A stretch of 54,486 bases of DNA, taken from positions 1 through 54,486 of the forward strand of contig JACOWY010000006.1 of NCBI GenBank assembly GCA_016176555.1. Reading direction: 5' to 3'. Under the pieces are notes generated by a model. The model had not been told where the DNA came from and did not search any database. It was given only the letters and a program-made list of their open reading frames with translations. Positions 18,675 to 27,260 of this stretch are shown one piece after another. The DNA comes from Candidatus Chisholmbacteria bacterium (GTDB taxonomy: Bacteria; Patescibacteriota; Microgenomatia; UBA1400; JACOWY01). A program made the position numbers and the translations under genes. Every line of letters begins with the position of its first letter. Position 1 is the first letter of the stretch.

Positions 18675-18974
18675 ATGTCTAAACAAGGCTATGTCTACAT
18701 CATGGCCAATAATCGTCCCACTTTATATACGGGTGTAACCAGTAATCTCGTCAAACGCGTCTATGAGCACAAGCATCACTTGACGGGTGGTTTTACTACC
18801 AAATATAAGTTACATAAATTGGTTTACTTCGAATCTTTTGAAACCATCACCCAGGCGATCATTAGGGAAAAGCAAATTAAAGACATGGATCGGATAAATA
18901 AATTGTCTATGATCGAAAAACGTAATCCCATGTACAGAAATTTATTCGGTCAGATTCTGGACAAGCCAGAATGA
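18675..18974 (+). CDS. stand-alone GIY-YIG nuclease-family protein
   Basis: GYVYIMANNRPTLYTGVTSNLVKRVYEHK (GIY..YTG motif). The last codons and the stop lie in a repeat unit (attctggacaagccagaatga). Confidence 0.88.
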   Translation: MSKQGYVYIMANNRPTLYTGVTSNLVKRVYEHKHHLTGGFTTKYKLHKLVYFESFETITQAIIREKQIKDMDRINKLSMIEKRNPMYRNLFGQILDKPE

Positions 18975-19097
18975 CGAAGAAGGACAAGCCAGAATGACGG
19001 AAGCCATCCCCTCTAAGGTCACTGTCATTCTGGGGAGGAGTGAAACGACGACTCCAGAATCCATCTGATATCGATTCTGAACTAAATTCAGAATGAC
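18954..19097. repeat. four further units of the GTCATTCTG/CAGAATGAC family
   Basis: attctggacaagccagaatgacgaagaaggacaagccagaatgacgg; gtcattctggggaggagtgaaacgacgactccagaatc; gattctgaactaaattcagaatgac. Confidence 0.85.
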
Positions 19098-19132
19098 GAA
19101 GAAATTTCTGCTATGCTGGGAAAAACGTTGCT

Positions 19133-20005
19133 ATGCGCTGGCGACATCTCCTCATAAGCCTAGGTATTTTCTCTGTCTCTTTCACTCCAGTATTTGCCGC
19201 AGACACGGATATTGTTATCAACGAAGTTCTGCCAAACCCCAGCGACGACTCCAGTGAGCAAAACGAATTTATTGAACTTTACAACAAAGGATCGGAGCAA
19301 GTTTCTTTAACCAACTGGACCCTTGCTGATCAAGTCAAAACATACACCATAGGAGAAATAACATTAGCGGCCGGTGGTTTTGCCAGTTTTAAAAAATCTG
19401 ACACGAGTATTGGTTTAAACAATGATGGTGACAGCATTGAGTTGAAAAATGCCGGCGGCAGCCTCATTGATTCGATGTCCTTCGGTAATAGCTCAAATTC
19501 AGAAGATAGATCTTGGTCTAGGTACCCCGACGGTACCGGGAGTTTTTTTGCTGATACAACTCCTACTGAGAATGGTGCAAATTCAGTCCCCCCTAGCCCT
19601 TCACCCACACCCACACCCACACCAACCCCATCTCCTTCTCCAACTCCCACCTCTACCCCCAAACCATCACCAACTCCAAAACCTACAACCTCCACCGCTT
19701 CAGCTAAAAAATCTCCCGAGCCCACCCTCGAGCCGGTAGCTTTCTTAGACACCGAGCCAGAGCAGAAAAACGTTCAGCTTGGGGAAACCTTGGGTGAATC
19801 CACCGCAGCCTCTCCCGCAGCTACCGTAGTCGCCGGTAACCAATTTAATCGCCGGACCATCGTCAGCTGGCTTCTCACTGGGTCGGGCCTCGTCTTTCTC
19901 ACCGCCGCGGGGTTTCCTCTTCTCCGCCGCCACTTGAAGGCTGGTAAAATAGACAGATGGCCAAATTCAAACTCTGGGGACCGAGTATCATCTGGGCAGT
20001 CTTAA
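19133..20005 (+). CDS. lamin-tail-domain (LTD) surface protein with Pro/Thr/Ser linker and C-terminal TM
   Basis: Signal peptide, then the LTD signature DIVINEVLPNPSDDSSEQNEFIELYNKGSEQVSLTNWTL. Linker PSPSPTPTPTPTPSPSPTPTSTPKPSPTPKP. TM segment IVSWLLTGSGLVFLTAAGF. Confidence 0.8.
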   Translation: MRWRHLLISLGIFSVSFTPVFAADTDIVINEVLPNPSDDSSEQNEFIELYNKGSEQVSLTNWTLADQVKTYTIGEITLAAGGFASFKKSDTSIGLNNDGDSIELKNAGGSLIDSMSFGNSSNSEDRSWSRYPDGTGSFFADTTPTENGANSVPPSPSPTPTPTPTPSPSPTPTSTPKPSPTPKPTTSTASAKKSPEPTLEPVAFLDTEPEQKNVQLGETLGESTAASPAATVVAGNQFNRRTIVSWLLTGSGLVFLTAAGFPLLRRHLKAGKIDRWPNSNSGDRVSSGQS

Positions 20006-20331
20006 TCTTCACTCTCTCGTCTATTCCCACGCTTCCCAAAGTTGAAATCATTTGGTGGGACTACGTCTTAAAAAAATCCGCCCACATGTTTGAGTATGCT
20101 GTGCTCTTTTTTCTGCTCGTTCGGGCCTTGACCAAAACAAGGCTCAAAAAAGCTTCTCCAAAAATCTTTCTCCTCGCAGGACTAATCACTATTTTGTACG
20201 CTATCTCAGATGAGTGGCACCAAACCTTTGTCCCCGGCCGCGGCGGCCGCCTCACCGACGTCGGCTACGATACTATGGGAATGGTCCTAAGCTTCCTTTA
20301 CATCAAGTCAAAAGTATCTAAAACCCATTAA
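19957..20331 (+). CDS. VanZ-family membrane protein
   Basis: 124 aa, 4 TM helices, conserved SDEWHQTFVPGRGGRLTDV. Confidence 0.8.
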   Translation: MAKFKLWGPSIIWAVLIFTLSSIPTLPKVEIIWWDYVLKKSAHMFEYAVLFFLLVRALTKTRLKKASPKIFLLAGLITILYAISDEWHQTFVPGRGGRLTDVGYDTMGMVLSFLYIKSKVSKTH

Positions 20332-20347
20332 CTATTACCACTCTCTA

Positions 20348-20776
20348 GTGAAGTACGTCAGCCACAGTCCGGCAGAGACTAAAGCCATTGCTGCCAACAT
20401 TCTCAACAACCTGTCTACCAACGTCATCGCTCTTCACGGCCCTCTGGGGGCAGGCAAAACCGTTTTTGCCCAAGGCATGGCTCAAGCCTTGGGAGTCACT
20501 CAAAGAGTCATTAGCCCCACCTTTGTCCTCATGCGCCACTATCCAATCGCTGACTCCAAACACATATACAATAGTATCTACCACCTCGATCTCTATCGCG
20601 TCGATTCCGCCGCCGACCTCAGATCAGTCGAGCTTAAAGAAATTATCGCCGATCCCCAAAACCTCATCATCATCGAATGGGCCGAGAAAACCGGCCTCAA
20701 GCTCCCAGTCAAACCATTGAAAATTACGTTGAGTGGCGAAAACCATACTCGCACCATTGAGATAGCAAATTCATGA
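20348..20776 (+). CDS. tsaE: tRNA t6A37 biosynthesis ATPase TsaE
   Basis: GTG start. P-loop GPLGAGKTVFAQG, plus SPTFVLMRHY and HLDLYRV. Confidence 0.88.
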   Translation: MKYVSHSPAETKAIAANILNNLSTNVIALHGPLGAGKTVFAQGMAQALGVTQRVISPTFVLMRHYPIADSKHIYNSIYHLDLYRVDSAADLRSVELKEIIADPQNLIIIEWAEKTGLKLPVKPLKITLSGENHTRTIEIANS

Positions 20777-21120
20777 AACTTTTTATCGACACTTCCAGCA
20801 ATCAAAAAACCATCGTCAAACTCGATTCGAAAGCATTGATTAAGACTCACACCTCACCCCAAAGTCAAGCACTCATTACCGTCATCGCCGAGCTGCTTAA
20901 ACGAGAAGGTAAAACGGTCACAGACCTCACCGAAATCGTAGTTACTCCAGGCCCCGGCGCCTTTACCAGCCTTAGAATCGGCGTCGCCGTCGCCAACGCC
21001 CTTTCGTTTGCCCTAAAGATTCCCGTCAACGGCCACAAACTAGGCACACCAGTAGCACCCAAGTACGGTAAGCCACCCAACATCAGCCAGCCCAAAAGAA
21101 CCCCAAGTAAATTCCTTTAA
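20773..21120 (+). CDS. tsaB: TsaB-like protein, N-terminal half only (115 aa)
   Basis: The ATG overlaps the tsaE stop. Contains MKLFIDTSSN.. and VVTPGPGAFTSLRIGVAVANAL. Confidence 0.72.
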   Translation: MKLFIDTSSNQKTIVKLDSKALIKTHTSPQSQALITVIAELLKREGKTVTDLTEIVVTPGPGAFTSLRIGVAVANALSFALKIPVNGHKLGTPVAPKYGKPPNISQPKRTPSKFL

Positions 21121-21228
21121 ACTCCTCTAAACTCCTCTAAATTCCTTTAGTCTCCCTAAAATTTGACGCGACTTAATTAAAGGTCTAGGATTTCAAGAAA
21201 GGTGAAATCCAAGCCCGTCTGACGGGTT

Positions 21229-21314
21229 GGATGGAGCCGATACAAATAGCACACGCGCCAGCGCGTTCAGAGCGAAACAGCGAATCACGCGTTTACGTGT
21301 GATAAGCTATAAAG
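21229..21314. repeat. ~85-bp dispersed repeat (GGATGRAGCCGATAC..CACGCGTTTACGYGTG..CTATA)
   Basis: Second copy at 53928-54010 and a partial copy at 41444-41472. Contains cgcgc/gcgcg and cacgcg/cgcgtg hairpins. Confidence 0.8.
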
Positions 21315-21324
21315 CCGTACCTTT

Positions 21325-21807
21325 ATGAATATCGGGGTCATCGTCGCTATCGCTATCGTCATCGTCACTGTGGTAGTCAATCGTAGTCTCCCTCAAGAGC
21401 CAGAAGATTCTCTGTCTCCCGAGCCCATCGTCTCTCCCTCACCTGAACCCTCCCCAGAGCCGTCATTAGAGCCCTCGCCCACCCCGGAGCCTTCATCCAC
21501 GACCACGCCAACCCCAACGCTTACTCCCACGTCCCTCGAAACCTTCCGCTATCCCGAAAGCAGCGTTGAAAGTCAGTCATCCACCTCGCTTGCTTTAAAA
21601 ACTTCTGCGTCCGCCCAGACTGTCACCCAATGGTACCAAGATAAAATTAAAAGTTTAGGTTACTCGACCACCGCTTTTGTCCGTACCTCCACCAATGACA
21701 ATGTGAATAACGAACTTGCCGCCGCGGGTGACGGGCAAAATATTCGCGTCACAATTCGTCAAGAAAACCCTTCGGCCTCAACCTCAATCACTGTCACCAA
21801 AGAGTAA
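21325..21807 (+). CDS. hypothetical TM-anchored protein with Pro/Glu/Ser-rich linker
   Basis: N-terminal TM segment IGVIVAIAIVIVTVVV, followed by (S/E)PEP repeats. Confidence 0.6.
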   Translation: MNIGVIVAIAIVIVTVVVNRSLPQEPEDSLSPEPIVSPSPEPSPEPSLEPSPTPEPSSTTTPTPTLTPTSLETFRYPESSVESQSSTSLALKTSASAQTVTQWYQDKIKSLGYSTTAFVRTSTNDNVNNELAAAGDGQNIRVTIRQENPSASTSITVTKE

Positions 21808-21836
21808 AGTTATCACATTCTCCCTCTCGTGAATTC

Positions 21837-21919
21837 TGTCATCCTGAGCGCTAGCGAAGGATCTCATCTGGATGCTGAACTAAAACTTATCCTGAATTCT
21901 TTTCAGGATTCAGCATGAC
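21837..21919. repeat. GTCATCCTGAG / CAGCATGAC repeat units
   Basis: tgtcatcctgagcgctagcgaaggatctcat and ctggatgctgaac..cctgaattcttttcaggattcagcatgac. Followed up to 22140 by further small GC hairpins (ccatgggctttagcccatgg, ccacgggcgttagcccgtgg). Confidence 0.8.
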
Positions 21920-22184
21920 GAAATGTGATTTATTCGAGCCTAGCTGAATACCATGGGCTTTAGCCCATGGATGAATGCCAGGCAGAACGAACTCCGAAAG
22001 CCCTGAGCTCGTCGAAGGGCTGAGGATACCACGGGCGTTAGCCCGTGGTTGTTCATTGTTTACACCCGAAGTATTGACAAAGAAACCAGGCAACAGTATA
22101 GTAAGCGCCAGCGAACTACGTCGGGTCCGATTCATCGGACCGTAGACATATTACCGTCACTTGCCCCAGAGATGGGGTTTTTGT

Positions 22185-22934
22185 ATGCACAGAAGAAATA
22201 AAGTCGCCATCGCCGCTCTCCAATTCCGCCTCGAAAATCTGAGTCCTACACTTAGCTCCCTATTTAATAATTCGATAGAATTTCATCGAAGATATAATTT
22301 CTTAAATTCTCTTAAGCCTCTTATCGCCCAAGTCAAAGCCCGCATCGCCGGCTTCCAAAATGGCAACTATCACTACCGTCGCAGCCAATCACTTCCCTGG
22401 ACGAAAATCATTGTCGGCCTTATTGCTCTCGTCGTCGTGGGTCTAGCTGGCAGAGCCCTGATTCGCACCGTGGCCTCCAAAACGCCCTCGAGCCCAAACA
22501 CCAATATTGCCGCTCCCTACAAAACCCTTGAGCTCAACCGCGAATTTAGTTACACAGTCAAAAATAGCGCCGGTGAAGATACGGATATGAAGATTCATTT
22601 TAAACTCGAAAAACTAGAGCTGGCCAAAGAAATTGTTGCCAAGGGTCAACGGGCTACCGCTATTTCCGGTAGATCATTTTTACTCCTCACCATCAAGCTC
22701 ACCAACAACGAGGAGGTCGGCATTGAAATCGACACTCGTGATTACGTCCGCCTCAGCGTCGATGGCAGTGAAGAAAAGTTGGCCGCCGATATTCATAACG
22801 ACCCAGTGGAAGTCCAACCCCTCTCCACCAAAACCACCCGCATTGGTTTCCCCGTCAACGACACCATCAAAAAAGTCACCCTCTACATCGGCGAGATAAA
22901 AGGCGAAAAAGAGGCAATAGCAATCGACCTGTAG
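22185..22934 (+). CDS. hypothetical single-TM protein with DUF4352-like C-terminal beta domain
   Basis: ATG at 22185. TM segment IIVGLIALVVVGLAG. The C-terminal pattern ..GRSFLLLTIKLTNNEEVGIEIDTRDYVRL.. resembles DUF4352. Confidence 0.5.
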   Translation: MHRRNKVAIAALQFRLENLSPTLSSLFNNSIEFHRRYNFLNSLKPLIAQVKARIAGFQNGNYHYRRSQSLPWTKIIVGLIALVVVGLAGRALIRTVASKTPSSPNTNIAAPYKTLELNREFSYTVKNSAGEDTDMKIHFKLEKLELAKEIVAKGQRATAISGRSFLLLTIKLTNNEEVGIEIDTRDYVRLSVDGSEEKLAADIHNDPVEVQPLSTKTTRIGFPVNDTIKKVTLYIGEIKGEKEAIAIDL

Positions 22935-23123
22935 ATTATAGCAAGAGGTCCTTTAAAACTTTAAATAAAGCGCTACCTCGCCTGATCCGGCAACTGCCGG
23001 AGAAGGGTAGAGATTTCGAGCTTGCGAGAAACCTCGGCCGAGTGAAACGAGGCGTAGAGATAATTAACAAATGACCCATAGATTAATAAAATATTCATTA
23101 CTTAGTAAACCTATAGATACAGC

Positions 23124-23153
23124 TTGACAACAAGATAAACTACTCTGTATAGT
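23124..23153 (+). promoter_or_regulatory. putative sigma70-type promoter upstream of the yezD-like gene
   Basis: TTGACA (23124-23129), 18-nt spacer, TATAGT (23148-23153). Confidence 0.45.
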
Positions 23154-23210
23154 GCTTATCGAATCCGGAAGTGCAGAGAGAAATAAGAACTTGAGTCAAG
23201 CCTATGAGCC

Positions 23211-23399
23211 ATGATGCCATCAACCATCGTTACCAACAAACTTATCAAGGAAATTGAACAAGCCTTTCAAAGTGTTGGCGACTATGGTAGTGTCGAGATC
23301 TACATCCAAGCCAGCCGCGTGACCCAGATCACCAGCCGCAAGATTCGCAAAACCATGCATCCCGTCTACGGAAAAAACCGCTACTTAGCCAATAAGTGA
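23211..23399 (+). CDS. YezD-like small protein (DUF2292)
   Basis: 62 aa. IEQAFQSVGDYGSVEIYIQASRVTQITSRKIRK matches the DUF2292 pattern (..YGSvti.iqdGkvvqie..ekir). Confidence 0.6.
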   Translation: MMPSTIVTNKLIKEIEQAFQSVGDYGSVEIYIQASRVTQITSRKIRKTMHPVYGKNRYLANK

Positions 23400-23607
23400 A
23401 TATAAGAAAATATTAAAATCAGAAACTCGAGCACGCTGTGCCTGCCTCGCCGGCGGGCGGGCGCGCAGAGTTTCTCCATAATCGAGTAAGCACTGCGAAC
23501 TAGATTATCGGAAGTTTCGCCATAGGCGAAACGACGCACATTTCTTTTTGCCGTAACTTTTTCTTTCCCAAAGAAAAAGTACGAGCACTATTAACCGACC
23601 GCAACCG

Positions 23608-23653
23608 GAGGTTCTTAGAAAAAGATACGTCTTTTTCAAGGAACCTCTTTTTT
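23608..23653 (+). terminator. rho-independent terminator-like hairpin
   Basis: gaggttc..aaaaaga-tacg-tcttttt..gaacctc followed by tttttt. Confidence 0.55.
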
Positions 23654-23754
23654 GTTGCCAAAACCAGTTTGCTTGCAACGTGTTTGCTTGCAAACTATAC
23701 GTTGCCCGCGAATTTTATTTGCGAGGTCCTAAGAAAGGGGGTGAAAACAAATTC

Positions 23755-25062
23755 ATGACTAAATTTCAAAAGAAAATCGTAGGTGCTCTTGCTGGTGCTT
23801 CCATTTTGGTAAGCACCCTAACTCCGGCAGTTTTGGCTGCATCTTACGAAATCTCCGGCAACGGCCGCGATTCGACGAGTTTAATCGAGACTGATCTCGA
23901 AAGAAAAGTCGACGTCCAGCAAGACAACGACGCCGACGTTAAAAACGACGTCACCGTCTACACCAATACCGGCAACAACAAAGCCAACGATAATATTGGT
24001 GGTAACGTCTCGATAGACACCGGCAACACCGACGTTGGAGTGCAAATCTCCAACAACCTCAACACCAACTTTGCCGAAGTCGATAACTGTGGCGGTTGTG
24101 CCTTTGACGGCGAATTCAAAATTGCCAACAATGGCCGAGATTCGGACAACACCATCGAATTCGATGCCGAATCCAAAGTCGAAGTTGACCAAGACAACGA
24201 CGCCAAGGTTAAAAACTACGTTGACGTCACCGCTAAGACTGGCGATAACGACGCCAACGATAACAACGGTGGCTCTGTCGAAATCGACACCGGCAATGTC
24301 AAAGTCAATCCAGTTGCCATCTGGAACACCCTCAACGCTAACTTTGCTAGGGTTTCAAATGGCGGCGGAGATGGTGAACTTTCCGCCCGAATTGTCGGTA
24401 ACCTGAGAAAAAGCGCCAACTTGATTGATCTCGATTTCGAATCTAAAGTCGACGTCCAGCAAGACAACGACGCCGACGTCGCCAACGACGTAGACGTCTA
24501 TGGCAACTCCGGTAACAACGACGCCAACGACAACCACGGCTCTGTTGAAATCGACACTGGCAACGTTGAAATCGGCGTGCTGGTCGATACCGCCGCTAAT
24601 TTCAACTTAGCTGACGTCGAAGACTGCTGTCTTTTAGACCTTGACGCCAAAATCGGCGAAAACGGTCGCGATTCTGACAACACCATCGAACTCGACCTCG
24701 AGGACAAACTCGAAGTTGACCAAGACAACGACCTCGACTGTGACGGTGGTCACAAGAAAAGAGGCGGTTGGGGAGAGTGGGGTGAGTGGTGGAAGAAAGA
24801 TAAAGGCGGCAAATGTGCTGACGTTGATCTCACCGCTAAAACCGGTGACAACGACGCCAACGACAACGGCGCTGGTGGTGGCGATCCCTCGATCGACACT
24901 GGTGACGCCGACGTGGCCGTAGAAGTCTCAAACTCTGGTAACGTCAATGAGTTTGGTGACGGAGATTTTGACCTCCCTGGTGGAGGTACCTCAGTAGATA
25001 TCGATCTTGACTTCGGCGGACTCATGGAGCTCCTCGAAGAGCTGCTCGATCTATTGAGCTAG
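23755..25062 (+). CDS. secreted protein of four Asn/Asp-rich ~88-aa modules (module protein 1); no anchor, acidic C-terminal helix
   Basis: RBS aaggggg 12 nt upstream. Signal peptide MTKFQKKIVGALAGASILVSTLTPAVLA. Four repeats of the pattern ..NGRDS.N.I....K(V/L)(D/E)V.QDNDA.V.N.V.V....TG(N/D)NDANDN.GG.V.IDTGN..V......N.NfA.V... Ends in GGLMELLEELLDLLS. Confidence 0.82.
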   Translation: MTKFQKKIVGALAGASILVSTLTPAVLAASYEISGNGRDSTSLIETDLERKVDVQQDNDADVKNDVTVYTNTGNNKANDNIGGNVSIDTGNTDVGVQISNNLNTNFAEVDNCGGCAFDGEFKIANNGRDSDNTIEFDAESKVEVDQDNDAKVKNYVDVTAKTGDNDANDNNGGSVEIDTGNVKVNPVAIWNTLNANFARVSNGGGDGELSARIVGNLRKSANLIDLDFESKVDVQQDNDADVANDVDVYGNSGNNDANDNHGSVEIDTGNVEIGVLVDTAANFNLADVEDCCLLDLDAKIGENGRDSDNTIELDLEDKLEVDQDNDLDCDGGHKKRGGWGEWGEWWKKDKGGKCADVDLTAKTGDNDANDNGAGGGDPSIDTGDADVAVEVSNSGNVNEFGDGDFDLPGGGTSVDIDLDFGGLMELLEELLDLLS

Positions 25063-25224
25063 AAGCTTATATGGTGCGGTGGGAGGCACGGACTTGTCTC
25101 AAGTACCGAGCCCCCACCCGCCATGAAGCCATAACACATTTCGCAAGAAACAGCGGCCGAGCTAAAGCGAGGCGTAGCTATAGACTTGTAATTAAAAGCT
25201 AGCGAGTCACTGCCCACCAAGCTA

Positions 25225-27256
25225 TTGATGAAAAATTTAACTAAAAAATTAGTCAGCCTAATTACTAGTTTCATGCTGGTGATGACCTCAGTGGGCCCAG
25301 TGATTAATCCTGGGCTGGTATACGCCGTGCCCGCTCGACCGGATACGCCGGAAGAGCCAGATCAACCCGATCTCCCCGACGAGCCCGAGCTTCCCAGTCA
25401 GCCCCGACAGCCGGGCGATCCTACCCCCACCCCCCAGCCAAACGCAACCTCCCAAACTACTTCCACCGATACCACTAATTCTTCTTCCCCACCCCCTGTC
25501 ACCACTACCAGCACCGGCGGCACGACTGAAGGCGATGGCCAAGGCGATACCGCCATCACCACCGGCACTGCCACCGCCACCGGCACTATTGACACCACTG
25601 CCAACACCAACCTCGGCACCACCGGAGGTTCTGGCACCGGCTCAGGCCTTTCCGCCTCCAACATCAACAATGGCCAAAACTCCACCAACACCAATACTAT
25701 CGATAACACCAGCACCTCCTCGCTCGATCAAGATAATTCTGCCAAGGTCACCAACACCGCCGGCTTAAGCGCCGTCTCCGGTCGTCGAATTCAACGTTGT
25801 CGATGATCACGTCGGTGATATCATCCTTGACTTTGCCAATCCTTGCGCCACCGGCGGCTGCATCGCCGGCACTCCCTTAAACCTCTCCAACACCGGCAAC
25901 GGTCAAAACTCCACTAACACCAACGACGTCACTACCGACTTGACCTCCGCTACCTTCCAAAACAACGACGCCACTATTGAAAACAACCTCATCTTAGATT
26001 CTAACTCCGGTTACAACGTGGCCAAAGACAACCTTGGGGGCGACGTGGCCATTGTGAGTGGCGACGCCAATACTTCTGCCAACGTCGTCAACATGGCCAA
26101 CAACAACTTTGCCGGCAATGTCTTAGTCGGCGTGGTCAACATTTTTGGCGACCTCATTGGCGACATCATCCTTCCCGAGCAAGAAGGCAGCGGTGGAGGC
26201 TCCGGCACCTACGCTGCCAATGTGGCTAATGGGGCTGATTCACAAAACTTCAATAACATCGATCAGTCCACGCTGGATGCCATCACTCAGAACAATACTG
26301 CTACCATAGATAACAACCTGAATTTAGCCGCTACCACGGGCGGCAACTCTGCCAAAGACAACATTGGCGGCGGCGGCAACTCGATCATTACCGGTGATGC
26401 CAACGTCGTCGCTCAAGTCTTAAACATCGCCAACACCAACATCGTCGGCGGCTCCTGGTGGGTAGTTTTGGTCAACGAAGCCGGCAACTGGATCGGCCAC
26501 ATCGTGGGCGGGGGAGAAGGCGCCAACTACGCCGGCTCCGCGGGCACAGAGTTTCTGGTCAACCCCGATGGCTCCATTACCGCCTCAAATGGTGAAAACC
26601 TCGCTGGTTCGACCAATACCAATAACCTCACCACTAACACGACCAATACCACCACTCAAACCAACACCGCCACCATTGTCAACAATCTCGATCTTTCTGC
26701 CAACACTGGTGGTAACAAAGCCAAAGACAACGGCGGCGGCAATACCTCCATTGTCACCGGCGACGCCAACATCGTGGCCAACGTCGTCAACTTCCTCAAC
26801 AACAACTTTGTGGGGGGCCGTGTCTACCTCACCGTCATCAACGTCTTTGGATCTTGGCTAGGCGACTTCGTCGGCCCAGGCCAAACACAGGATACAGCTT
26901 CAAATAATTCCCAGACTCTCGCTCTCGGTGGCACAGAAAACAGCGGCAGCTCAAGTGGCAGCCACAACTCTGGAACTTCAAGCCAAAGCAACTCAGCTAA
27001 CACCCAAGTCCAAGCTGCGCTCGCCTCCCAACCTGTCACCTCACCGGCTCAAGTGCTCGGCAATAAAGTCGGCCAATTCCTTTCCTTCCAAGAGGAAAAC
27101 CCTGAAGACCCGGCGCCCACCGTCCAAGCTGCCAGCTCTGCGGCCAAAAAAGTCATCAAAGTCAACTTAGCCATCGTCATTCCCTTACTGCTCGCCTATT
27201 TCGCTATTCGCTATCACAAACAACTTGCTGCCCTTCTGCCCGAGAAGAGGAAGTAA
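25225..27256 (+). pseudogene. module protein 2: signal peptide, Pro-rich and Thr/Gly-rich spacers, four variant Asn-rich modules, Ser/Thr stalk, C-terminal TM. Reading frame broken at ~25769-25806.
   Basis: ORF 25225-25806 stops inside a module. The +1 frame is open from 25769 and continues the module consensus into ORF 25940-27256. About 35-40 aa of the module are missing at the junction. C-terminal LAIVIPLLLAYFAIRY followed by a basic tail. Confidence 0.7.
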
Positions 27257-27260
27257 GTTA

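Noticed and set aside
21887-22135. An 82-aa minus-strand ORF.
   Set aside because: It is composed almost entirely of hairpin repeat units (cagcatgac, ccatgggctttagcccatgg, ccacgggcgttagcccgtgg).
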